Positions 24,251 to 36,440 of a stretch of DNA of 60,000 nucleotides are shown piece by piece. The DNA is taken from positions 120,902,001 to 120,962,000 of the forward strand of contig NC_045696.1 in NCBI RefSeq assembly GCF_009834535.1, written 5' to 3'. The stretch is from Camelus ferus. Lineage: Eukaryota. How positions within the stretch are numbered: the stretch's first letter is position 1; each line of letters begins with the position of its first letter. The position numbers and the translations under genes are program-made. A model generated the notes under the pieces. That model made no database searches. It was given only the letters and a program-made list of their open reading frames with translations, and was not told the DNA's origin.

Positions 24251-24590
24251 TAGATGCTAAGCGGTAACTTTCTTCCCTTATACTACTTTCTAATTTTTAA
24301 TTTTAATGTAATTTTAATCTACCAGAAAAGTTAACACAACACAGTGAACTCCCATATACACTTTGTCCAGATTTACCAATTGTTATCATTTTTCCACATT
24401 TGCTTTACTATTCTATTTAGTCATCTTATCTATTTTTTCCTAAACCATTTGGGAGTAAGTTGCAGACATGATGACCCTTTGTGCTAAATCTTGCTGTATT
24501 TTCTAAGGCCAAGAACATTTCCTTAACTTAACTCCAGCCCAGAGATCAAAGTCTGGGAACCAGCACTGATGGAACACTCGTGCGTAACCC

Positions 24591-24762
24591 CGCGGTTCTC
24601 AGTGTGTGATCCCAGAGTGGCAGCGGCAGCAGCAGTGTTCAGGAGCTTTAGTTAGAGATGCAGAATCTCAGCCTCCACCCAGCCATGCTGAATCAGAAAT
24701 CCAGGGGGTGGGGTCTGGCAATCTGTGTTTTGAGTCTGAAGCCCACTGAAGTTTGAGAACCA
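24591..24762. mobile_element. MER5A-like DNA transposon inserted in an old L1 remnant
   Basis: Terminal inverted repeats gcggttctca...tttgagaaccac and internal gatgcagaatctcagc...gaatcagaaa. Confidence 0.75.
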
Positions 24763-26191
24763 CCCATCTCATCCATAGTCCACATCAAATTTAGCGCAAT
24801 TGTTCCAATTATGTTTGGAGCAAGGGCACTTCTATAAGAACGTTTTTTCTCGTGCAGGACCCCATCCAGCACCACTGCGTTATGGTTTAAGTGCCGGTGG
24901 TCTCCACGGCTGAGCTGCAACTCAGGGTGTTGCCATGGTGACCAGGGAGCAGCCGTGGGGTTTGCTGGCTCCACCTGCTGAGCCGTGGGCCCGCTTCCTT
25001 GATTCTGGAGCAGTGACATGTGCGGTTGCTCCGTTCTTGCTGCTAACAGAGATATTTCTCGTCTTCGGACCCAGATTTGCTCTTAACTCACAAAAGCCTG
25101 GCGTTACCTTCTCTTCATTGAGCTAAAATAATAACAGTGGAAATGGCAGATGGCCAGACTTGCACCTCATAGGAAAATGCTATCACCATTGATGTAGCTG
25201 GGTTTTTTAATCTTCAAGTTTCCTCTTCTGTAATTTGACCTGGAGCCTTGCAAAATTGAAATACACACATAGGAATGCATTCATGAGGCTGCTATATCCA
25301 CCACCCAACCCTGTGGACACATCACATCAGATTATGTAAAAAGCAAATAACCCAATTCCCACAACTTCTTGTCAAGATCTACCCAAATCTTGGATGGGGA
25401 GTAGTTCCCAAACTACCCAAGTGGCAGGAGATTTCAATATTGGCAACTTCAGTTTGCCTCCAGCCAGGGTAAATGGGACTGCCTGCTGTTCCCTGTCCCC
25501 CTGCCCCAGTTCCACCTCTCCGTCTGCGCCTGGGCCTTCCCTTTCAGAAGGTCCTCCCTCCTGGCCCCACATCTTCAGTCCCACCTGTCCTCCCAGGCCC
25601 AGCTGAAACACCTCCTCTTCTGCAAGACTCCATAATGCCCTAGCAGGAATCACTCCCCACCCACCCCCAATTCTCATAGCATTTTATCTCCATGACACTC
25701 CAGACATCATGCATAGTATAATCCATCTCAGACTCAGTGGGTGAAACTGATCTTTTTCTGATTCATTTTTATGTCACGTCATGAACCCATGTAGTGAGCC
25801 ACAAAAAAGTTAGTACTCAGGAGATGTCTTTTCTTCTGACGAATTCTTTACCTCTTGCTTCCAGCTGCCTCCCACTTTATTTCTGTCAAACGCCGGTGGT
25901 AAAAGACAAAATATTGGATCCTTCTATCCATCATGTATGTCAAAGGCACTTTGTTCCCCCCCCTATTTTGCTGGTGCACCTGTACTGTGTACTGCACTAG
26001 AGACCTGTGAGATTCTGCCTGCATGTGGATGACGCAGCCCCAGGAACCTGGGCTTTGAGCTAGGAGACACAGTAGAGAAAGGATGAGATCACAGACCTTC
26101 AGGAGAGAAGACAATCAGGGCAGAAGGCAGGAGAGGTTGGACTGGTCTGGTTCCTGTGCAGGAATGTCAACTCAGCTGAACAACGTTCCAT

Positions 26192-26373
26192 CAGTGTAAT
26201 GCTCGTGCTCGGCCCGGTTGCACCCTGGAGTCACCTGCAGGGCTCTCCCACTCCTGAAGTCTGACACCTCCTCCCGAAAGTGGGATGTAATTGATCTGGG
26301 ATATGACTCAGGCATCAGGATTTCTGAAAGCTCTCCAAGTGATTCTAAGGGGCAGCCAGGGCTGAGAACCGCC
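26192..26373. mobile_element. MER5A1-like DNA transposon
   Basis: ggagtcacctg...gatgtaattgatctggg...ggcatcaggattt...ctctccaagtgattctaa...gggctgagaacc. Confidence 0.7.
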
Positions 26374-27349
26374 CCAAAGAGAAAATGGTTAGTGTGGAAA
26401 CAGAAAACAGTCTTAAAGGAATCTTACGTCAGTGTTTGCCGAGCACTGAGCCAAGATGGGGTCCAGACCCGAGAACAGGGGGTCTGGCCCCGGAGGTGGG
26501 TGTGGGTTTCTACTTAGGCCACCCAGCCCCAGCCGGGTGCTGCTACACCTGAAAGTTGCCCCACCTGTTCTTCTTGGTCCCTGAGTGACCTATCCTGTTT
26601 CTCTTCAAGCGGCACACTCTGATTTTAGTGTTTTTCAGTGGCGATTGCCTGGAGCCCTTTTTACTGTGGGGTTCATCTAATGCTGATAATGTATTTCCCT
26701 CATTCTTTCTACATCTACTAATTGGGATTCTCCCGTAAGGAAGAGCTGTTCCACTGTTCCTTTTCCTCTATTTATGTATTTATTCCATTATTTATATCAG
26801 TACAGACTCATGGATATTTATTTTATTCAATGGGTTATAACCCAATGTTGTCATTATAAATTCTGTTTCTCAAAGTGGTCCAACTTTGGCTATTGGGGCC
26901 CCTTCAGCTTGGCTCCTGTGTCCTCTAAACAAGCCCCCATCTTTTTTCAAGAAGTGGATTCTTACTTTTTAGTTATATTTTACTGTAGATGAGGAAACCA
27001 GACCCCAGAGAGGTGAAGTGATTTTCTGACAATCACATGGCTGGAAAGGTGAATTTCATCCAGCACAGGACCAGGACCAGGACCAGGGGTTTAGGGGAAG
27101 CTGCTCCTTTTGTTTCTTTCACTTGGATAGCTCCTGTGCCTCCCTTAATAGCTAATAGAGTCAGCCAAATAGTCCATGGTTCCTACCTTCCCAAACATAT
27201 AATTGTCTGCTTCTACCTGGACATGAATTAGTAGATTGTTTTATTGTTCATATCAACAATGTGAACCAAATATGTTTCCAATGGTGACCCTAAACTAAAC
27301 ACAGATTTCAACACAGCCACACTGACAAACCAGTCTACATGAATTATGC

Positions 27350-27475
27350 AAATATAAAATACTTTCAGTTATAAGATGAACAAGTCTAGGGTTCTAAAAT
27401 ACAGCCTGGTGACCATGGATAACAGTACTGCACTGTACACCTGAAGTTTGCCAAGAGAGTAGCCTTCAGGTGCTC

Positions 27476-27535
<60 letters not shown>

Positions 27536-27625
27536 GTAACCATGGAGATACTGGATGTGTCAATCAACTTGACTGTGGTAATCATCTCACAAACACGTGG
27601 ACAGCAGATCACCACCTTGTACACG
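27350..27625 (+). mobile_element. L1MA-like 3'UTR fragment containing a CA microsatellite
   Basis: ctttcagttataagatgaacaagtct...gaagtttgccaagagagtag...ggtaaccatg...gactgtggtaatcat. Confidence 0.75.
27478..27533. repeat. Perfect (CA)28 microsatellite
   Basis: Counted directly. Confidence 0.97.
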
Positions 27626-28594
27626 AAGGCTGCTCCTTCCCTTGGCTGACTCTCACTGTGTTCTGTCTCTGTATCTATCTCTGTCTCTATGATATGTGTA
27701 CAGAAACACATGTGTAGCCATTTGGACACACAAATATGTTTTAATATTATGATGATATAATTATTTTATTCTCTATCACCAGGAAACTAGATAGGGTTTG
27801 AAATAATGGAAAGTTTGTGGACTTTGGCATCACACTGACTTCTGTTCAAATCTTGATCCATTTCATTGAGCAAGTTATTTCATTTCTCTGACCTCTGTCC
27901 TGATTTTAAGATAGGGCCAACAACACCAGGTATATTATCAGGTTTTTATAAGGCTGTGAAATAAGTAATGTTGGAAGAAGGCCCATCAGAGCTTTGTACC
28001 TAGGAGGTGGTCAGTAGTGGAAGTTGTCCTTATACTAATTCTTTATTTCAGTGCTACCTTCCTCTCCCACCTCCAAATCGTCTTCTAGAAGGTGAGCTAG
28101 TTTTTTTCCTCTCTGAGTTTTTGGCTTGCAGCCTTTATTATGAGGGTTCATGCCAGAAGGAGGAAACATGCAAATTCTTAAACACTAATGGGTCTGATAG
28201 CAAGTTTCAGGCAAATACTTTCTAAGGATCTGTTTGTATTGTAAAAAAGAAAGTTAAAATTTTCTCCTTACGTTTCTCATTTATGCAAAACTGTTTCAGT
28301 AAACTATATAAGTGGGTTGAGTTTTATAATCTTGAAACTCTAGTGAATATCCGCAGACTGTAGCCAGTGAATTCGGCAGTGGTGCACACCACTAGGCTTA
28401 CTAGCTCCCAGAGGGTCCTTAGGACTTCATACAGGATGTGTTGGGTCTACCATTAGAGACAGCCCCTTTGCTGGCCTTCAGAGTCACTGCTTACAGTCCT
28501 GAAGCTCTGCCCGTGGTCACTTCCCCCCAGAATTGGTTCCTTATGGATGAGGAACCTTGATCCTTGTGATTGGTGTTGACTAAAGAGAATACTT

Positions 28595-28956
28595 CTCGCC
28601 TAGTCTGTTTGGGTGCTATAGCAAAATACCATAGACTTGGTGGCTGATATATAGTGTAAATTTATTTCTCACAGTTCTGGAGGCTGGGAAGTCTAAAATC
28701 AAGGCTCTGGCAGAGTCAGTGTCTGGGGAAAGCCCACTTCCTGGTTCAGATAGCCGTCTTCTTGCTGTGTCCTCACACGGCAGAAGCTGGGAGGGAGCTC
28801 TCTGGGCTCTCTTTCATAAGGGCACTAATCCCATTCATGGGGGCTCCACCCTCATGATCTGATTGCCTCCCAAAAGCCCCACCTCCTAATGCCATCATGC
28901 TGGGTAAGGATTTTACATTTCATTTTGCTGGGGGGATGCAGACATTGTCTATAGCA
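28595..28956 (-). mobile_element. MaLR solo LTR (MLT1A-like)
   Basis: aaaataccatagacttggtggct...tttatttctcacagttctggaggctgggaagtctaaaatcaagg...gcactaatcccattcatggggg...tatagca. Confidence 0.85.
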
Positions 28957-31900
28957 TCATCTTTCCTGGTGTAAGCTGCAGGTGTCCACACAGCAGGGCT
29001 GCATTGCTGGGATTGCTGCGGATTAAGGGAACCAGAGTCGCCTTCAGAGAGATGGGTCCCCTCAGGGCTCCCTGCTTTTCCCAGGGCAGCTCCAGCCCAG
29101 GTGGGTGGCCCCCCTTAGCGGGTCTAGACTTCATTCAGCTAGGGTATCTTGTGTTTTTGTATGCCTAGACTCATCTGTTCATGGTTCTTGTAAGCACCAA
29201 AATTAACATCATTTGATTTGTTCCATTTACTCTCTTTGTTTAAACTATGAAGTGTTTTAACCTATTCACACAAAAAGTTTAAAAGCAAGGCCACTGATTT
29301 TCACTTAAAATTGTTAGTGTAAAGATTGAAAAGCAAAATTAATTTCATTTAAGAGAAATGTATGAATGCACTAATATAAAGTAATTCATAAACCTGGGAG
29401 AACTTATGGTATTTGGAGTATGGCTTTAGCTAACATATATGACTTCATGTACACATGTGATAAAAAATTAGAATAATCCACTTCAAACACTTTATTTAAA
29501 AAAAAAATCCCAGTGATTTATAGATGGAAGTATTATTTCATTTTACTTGTTAAGATAAAAATCAGCTCTACCATTTTATCCTTATTCATGTACATTTACC
29601 CCAGCAGGAAGAACATTTACTCTAAAAGATTTTGAAAGAAAATTAGCAATTAAACCCAAGAGAGTTCATCTACATTATTAGACATGATGTCATGATCCTA
29701 CGTGGCCCTCCTTAGTAACTATTTAGAAACCAGATCTTCTTATTTTGCTTTTAAGGCATAATGTGGCCTGACATTTCCCCCACTTTTAATGAGTTCCACT
29801 GCAGTGAACTTCCAAAATTCTAAGGAAACGTCTTCAGCTTCTACCATGTAATGACAGAGGGTCTCCTTCCCCTGCCCACTCCACCTCCATTTACTGGTGT
29901 TCTTCTAAGTAACGTCACAGGCTTTTTAAAATATGTCATTACAAAATAATTCTTATTCAACCCTGACTTTCAAATACATCTTTTGCCTTTGGAATTTTTC
30001 AGACTACTGGACAGAATGTCCCCATCGCAGGTGAGACACTAAGTCTGTGGCCCACCTGTGTTGTTATCTAGCAGCATTTTCTGCAGGTGTGGTCCATGCC
30101 CTGTTGCAAAGTCACTTAGGATGATTGCTGAAAATGCACATTCCTGGTTCCTCTGCTGATAGGGCCCAGAAAAATGCATTTTAAACAAGCAATTCAGATT
30201 ATTCTGATGTGTGCAAAAATTTGAGTCCCCTGGAAGGAGCTATTAGGAACGTATTTGAAGGAGATGTGGTGTGTGAGGGAACAGCCTTTTAAGATGTCAA
30301 CCCAGTGAAAAACAAGGGGCAGCCTTTTCATTTTAAAATGAAGAACTCGGGCAGAACAATTTTTCAGGCTCCTTCCAGCCCTAAAACCCTGAGATCATTT
30401 TGTCCTTGTCTATGCTCTGAACACTGCAGGCTCTTTGTGTTCAGGCTTCTGAGAAGGCGTTCCTTCCGTCTTTTAAACTGGATGTAAGCGCTTCTATTGA
30501 CGACTGAAAAAAATGGATTAATTTTTTTTTAAACCAAACCCTTTTAGGGTTTAAAAGTTTTTAATAGCAATCAAAGATGGAGTTTTAGACACTGTATTTG
30601 AGTTGTTCTTCATTTCTTCAAGGTCTTGGGCCTTCAAGGGCACCCTGATATGGGCTAACTGGGTTGGGGGGAGAGAGGCGAGACCATCAATCCTCCAAAT
30701 GGCACATTTTGGGTTAAGATTTTCTAAGTCTTAGAAATTAACATCAAAGCTTGTATTGCAACTTTCGAGGGGTGTTATTAGTGAAAGAAACCATCTTCTG
30801 TCAGAAATGCAGACGTTAGGCACCATTAATATTGGTTCAAAGTAAAGTCAATACTTTTTTCATTAGAGGTGCTTTAGCAATAAAAGTCATCATTAAATAT
30901 TTCTCAAAGGCAAAGTCAAGGAGACAGAATGGGCCTGCAGATACTGTAATAAGAACTTCTTAAACCAAGGCGTGACATTTCATCCAAAACAGTTGATTTT
31001 TACTTGGAAGATGGCTTAGCAAAAAAGAAAGTAATAAATGCTTTTCATATTGCTGAGTAGAAATCAAACTACTTCACAAAAAATTATATTTCTTTTTTGG
31101 TTATATAAAAGCATAATTTATGTCAATCTGTGAGTGACTTAACTACCTTAATTAAATCCTAAGAAAATAATCTACAGAGTGTTTATTAAAGAACAAAGGA
31201 AATATGAAACAAATCATTTTTCTTGGAGATAAAGATGCAAAATTAAAACTGTAGGGGGAGTGACTTGAGGAGAAGACCCAGCTCTCTGATGAACTTGATC
31301 TTTCGACTTTCTGTCTTGTTGACTGAACACGTCTCTTGCTTAAAAATAAGAACTAGTACATTTCTTCTTCATATGGATCCCCCTGGGGAACAGGGGAAGT
31401 TTGTGTTCCTCCTTTTGACGTTTCACTTGGAGGCGTACTATCAAAAGTCCTGTTCATTTTTTTCCCAGTAGTCTAAATATATATTCATTTAGTCACAGGA
31501 AATCATGCACATAGTTAATATCAATGCAGGAAACAGACAAGCAGCTTCTCAACCACATGAGGGGAGAGCATGAGGAGGTGAGAGTCAGACTGACAACAGA
31601 TGTGTCCGGGGAGTGGGCCCCTGCAGCGAGACGACCCCCAGGGAAGCAGCTCTGCTCACTCACAGAGAAAATAACACTGAGGCCGACGCAACTGTGTAGG
31701 AACTCACATTTCTTTAATGTAGTTTAAAAATGACCATAGGAAATGAAAAGCAGCATTACAGAGTGGGGACAATTCCTGAAAGGAATGTCATCGCAACACA
31801 GAGTTCTCCAGATGTCAGAATTACTGGGGCCAACAGTCACATTTACAAAGGCCATTGTCACAGGGGCGGCTGTGCTTACAGATGGCCTTCCTGAAGTAGG

Positions 31901-32964
31901 AAACGTTGGGTTGAAGCTATCCCCCTCACTGAGCCTCCTCTAAGGCAAGCTTTTCCTTTTTTCTCTTCTCTTTTTCTTCCTTCCTTCCCCTCGTCTCCCT
32001 CCCTCCTTGCATGCTTGTTCTTTCTGTCACTCCTTGTCTGAGGCTATTCAGGAAGGGGATTGCGGCAGGTAGATAATTATCTTCCTGCCACAGGAGATGT
32101 TTTATCATATTCAGAGAATCTAAATGGGATGTTGAAAGGAGAGCTTGTTTTTTTTTTCCTCTTTTTCACGTGGGAGAAAGGTTTGCCAGAGTCCTCTTGG
32201 ATAGAAAGGGAAATCTAGGAGTGGAAAATATACATTTACAGCTCACCTTTCAACTGAAGGGCCGCTGTGTCCACATCACAGGATGTTGTGATGCTCTATT
32301 GTCAAAAAATGTTCTATGCAAATTCTAGAAACATTATAAAATGATAGTAGGATTCTAGGATCGTTGACTGGGATTCATAGTCAACATTATGACTCTAGGA
32401 TTGAAAAGAGAGGGGATATAAAGACAGGTTTGCAGAATGAGAAGGAAAGGCAGGTCTGTTTGACAAGGAGGTAAATATTCAACTCAGTCGAACAAGCTTT
32501 GATCTCTTTGGCCCAGAAAATCCAGCAGGATTTTGAGTCTGAGTGAGAGGGCAGGCTGTTTAATATGCTGCTTTCGACCTCTCATGCCCTGTGTAGGAGG
32601 AGAGAAATGTGAGGCAAGTATTTGCACATTGCCCTGAAAGGACATAAAAATGCATTACAGGTGAGTTGGTTTGGTGACCTCACATTGTTTGATTAGAGAT
32701 CATTTCTCTTTGATGTTCTCATTGCTGACCCATGCTTTTCCTTTCTGTCTCACTGTGACTGCAGAAAGGGTCTGTGGGCAGCTCAGTGTTTGACCTGAAC
32801 GTGTTCGGGTTCTATAGTTACATAAAACTCTGAACATAAGGAGAGTCATTCCTAGTTTTATGTGGGTACATATAATATGTAATGTAATAAAATAAAAACA
32901 ATTTCTAGGTAATATTTAGGTCATGTAATAAAAGTTAAGACCCTTTAGAAAGGTTTTGTTCTTG

Positions 32965-33479
32965 TGTGACACCTAAAATAAACATAGCCAGACAGTAGTT
33001 AAAGCAGTGAAAACAGAGTTTATTCAGTAACCACTGACTGGAGGGGAAGGAGCAGAGCTCCACCGCGCTGTGTGCACAAGTGACTGGTGGCTTAAAGGGA
33101 CAATACTGGGGGGGGGGAGGCAAGGGCATGGTGCTGAGCAGAGTCAGGAGAGCAGAATAGTGCAGAGGGTGGGAAGGGGCTGGTCTGGCTTTGCTGACTG
33201 GCTCTCATGGAAGGGAGGCACCTACCTCTGTCTCCCCAGAGACTGGGGGACAGGGCCCCCTCTTGACGTGGGGCTAGAACAAACAGTCGTTCTCTGGCAG
33301 CCCTGAGTTTTCTCAAGCAGGCACCTTAAGGGGGACTAGGGTCATCCTACGCACATGGCCTTGAGCTGTTAGAAATTTGTTAGCGTTTGTCCAGGTCTTT
33401 ATAAGCCAAAGTTGAGGCCTAGTTGAGGAGAGGACTCAGGAGGCTGGCTCGAGGTGGTCAGGGAGAGTCTGCGGTGGCA
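32965..33479 (-). mobile_element. ERV-type solo LTR ending about 130 bp upstream of a NEK11 exon
   Basis: TG...CA termini, a minus-strand AATAAA (tttatt at about 33018) near its 3' end, and LTR-like composition. Confidence 0.6.
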
Positions 33480-33612
33480 GTTACCGGGTGGCAGGGTGTC
33501 CTGGCCTTCTTACGATACACGCTGACCACTGTGGGTTAGCTCTTGTTGAGGGAGGTTGATTTTAAATTCTTAACTGAAGAGAAATACGAAAAATTACGCT
33601 ACTTTGTTTCAG

Positions 33613-33731
33613 GGCCGAGATCTGGACTGTAAAATTCAGGAATATAAAGAAGCTGGGAAAACCTTTCCAGAGACTCAGATAACAGAATGGTTTATCCAGC
33701 TGTTGCTGGGAGTTGACTACATGCACGAAAG
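33613..33731 (+). CDS. NEK11: NEK11 coding exon, 119 nt (phase 0 to 2): GRDLDCKIQEYKEAGKTFPETQITEWFIQLLLGVDYMHE(R)
   Basis: Acceptor ctttgtttcag| and donor AAG|gtacgt. In frame with the previous exon and contains the NEK-type WFIQLLLGVDYMH helix E. Confidence 0.96.
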
Positions 33732-34427
33732 GTACGTTCCTTTGTTACTGAGGGACCGCATTTTTTAACAGTCATGTCTGAACTCAAAAAATGAATTTTG
33801 AGGGGGGAGGTGTAGAATTGAGAGGAACTAAGTCCAAAAGGTAAATGACTGTAGTTAAATATCTACAATCTGCTTTTCCATGAGGAAACTGCTGGGTGAT
33901 TATACCTAGAGGATTTACTTAATTACCTTTTGTGTTGTTGTCCTAGAAATCAAGTTGGCCTTAAAAATAAGACAGAAACTTGTATTAAACACATTCCTCT
34001 GTGTCTGCTCCTGTCCTGTGACCCACAGGCGATTCTCAGACACCTTTAGCATGCTATGATTTTGTTATATCTTGCATCAGGCTCAGGCTGTAAATGCCCT
34101 GGCAGACTGCAGGTAAATCGTGTGGTGCCTTTGGAATGGGTCAGTGCACATTTAGCTGTGTTCACTCGCAAGATGCACTGAGTGATTGAGGCAGAAGATA
34201 ATCTTTGGCCTCAGAGAGATAATTATTCAGACCAAAAGTCAGTTTTGACATGAACTAGCTGATAAAGAAGGTCAAAGTATGCTCCATGAGTTCAACTGTC
34301 TATAAATTTGCATTTATAATCTCTGCCTCAAAAATGTATTTTAAAACTTTTTACTATTTTTTCTATAGATCAAAAGTAAGAAGTTTTTCTCTCCCCCCCC
34401 CCCCCCCCCAAAAAAAGGAGCCAGGAT

Positions 34428-34556
34428 GGGGGAGAGTATAGCTCAAGAGGCAGAGCATGTGCTTGGCATGCACAAGGTCCTGGGTTCAATCCCCAGTACC
34501 TCCTCTAAAAATAAATAATAAACCTAATTACCCTCCCCCCCCAAAAAAACAAACAA
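34428..34556 (+). mobile_element. Camelid SINE (Vic-1-like)
   Basis: gggggagagtatagctcaagaggcagagc...gtcctgggttcaatccccagtacctcc, tail aaacctaattaccctcccccc, and TSD aaaagtaagaagtttt at 34372-34387 and 34557-34572. Confidence 0.92.
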
Positions 34557-35809
34557 AAAAGTAAGAAGTTTTAGATGTGAAATGTTTTATAGACCCATAA
34601 AATGACTGAATGCATTTGAAAAGATGAGCGTGCCTAGACAAGTAAAAGTAGATACCATGAGGGGTCCACGTCAGCTGTCAACTCAGGAGCAGGGGGAGCA
34701 CATGGGAACATCTTCTTGAACAAAAGTGGAAATTTGTAGGGTACACCAAGGTCTGGCTATCCGTGGATATCAAGTAGCTTAAATGTGTCATCTGTGCTCT
34801 CTGATGGTGTAAAAGGTAATCTGATTATTCTGTGCTTTGCTGTGTATCTTCTGAAACACTTGCTTGTTGAGACGGATAGTCACTGACTTCCTGACAGCTC
34901 ATAACAATCTTTTGAATGGTGTCAAACTATCCTAGGAGACAATGATTAAAGAATGCCAGGTAATCTTTTAATAAACTGCCCAGAGCTGCAGAATGTAAGA
35001 CTTCTGTGTACTTACAGTTCTATTGGTATTTCTTGTATTTTCTCTACTATTTCTTGGCATATTTGTTAGCTTAGACTAAGGAAAACAACACAGATAAAGA
35101 TGCCAACTTTGATGTTCAGTGTGCAGAATATAAAATTGAAATCTGGTTGATTAGGAACCCAAATACTTTTTAATACATTTGGGTCTGCTTAGTAATAGTT
35201 AAAATAAATGAGTTTAAAATAATCCTTCAAAGAGAGGATTAAATTTGTTTTGACTCCTTCAACATTCTAAGAAAGTCATTAAATAGGGCTCAGTGGTGGG
35301 TATTTGTGGTTCTGTGGATCTGAAATACCATCCTTTGTGCTTCAGATAACAAGTGATGCTGCTTCTTATTCATTATGTGATTGTAACCAGTTGTTATAAA
35401 GTTCTTCTCTATAGACAGAGAAACTTCAACTTTAAGTTTATTCATTCCCTTATTAAATAGTGGTAAGTTTAAAATAAAGCCTAACCTGGAAGAGCTGTTA
35501 GTAAACTTGCAGAGATAAAACATGTCCCCAGATATCTGTACACCATGCAGCGTGGTTGATAACACAGGGTTCAGAGTCTCTGCTCGGCGTGTATCATGGC
35601 CTTGGACGGTCTGCTTAACCTCTCTCAGCCTTGCTCCCTCATCTCTAGAGCAGGGAAAATAATAGCACTGTCTGCTTGCTTCATGGGGCTGTAGGGAATA
35701 TGGATTGAGATATTACACACTTTAAAATTTGCAAACTGTCAAGTCCTATTTAAGTGTTGTTGTTTGTGGTTATAATTCGATGCAGAATGAGGAGGGCCTA
35801 GCCACCAGA

Positions 35810-36440
35810 AAAACTGAAAAAAATCTCTGACAGTAACAAGTCTTGGCAGGGAGGTGGCGGTACTGGAATTCTCTCACTCTGCTGTTAGCACGTGAATTGG
35901 TGTAACTACTTGGAAAACATGCTTGATAGTACCTCAAATCGCTTATGACCCAGTAATTCTGCTCCTGAGATGAAACATGAGTACCTACGTTCAACAAAAG
36001 GCATGTTCACAAATGTCCACAGAGGCCTTATCTGTACTAGCTGAAACCCTGAAAAATGTCCATTTCCAGCAGAATGGTTAAATAAATTGCAGTATAGTCA
36101 CAGTCGGGCACTGCTCTGCAGTGAAGAATAGTGCACAACTGATAAGTGTGATCTGAGGCATCTCAGGGATCAGATTTGGGTAACAGGTGCCAGGCACAGA
36201 AGAGTGTGTGTTCTGTGACTCCATCTATATGACATTCAAAGACAGGCGAACCGGACGTGTGGTCGGTGAGTCAGAACAGAGGTTACATTTGAAAGGGAGT
36301 TTTGACTGAAGGGGAACAAAACACCTGGGATGCTGGGGGTGTTCTGCCTCTTGATCTAGGCAGAGGGTTACAAGTGTGATGCGTTTTGTAAATGTTCACC
36401 AAGCTTCAGATTCATGCACTTTAATGTAAATTGTTCTCTA
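35810..36440 (+). mobile_element. Old L1 (L1ME/L1MC-like) 3' region
   Basis: tatgacccagtaattctgctcct, ggttaaataaattgcagtatagtcaca and gactccatctatatgacattcaaagacaggc. Confidence 0.7.
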
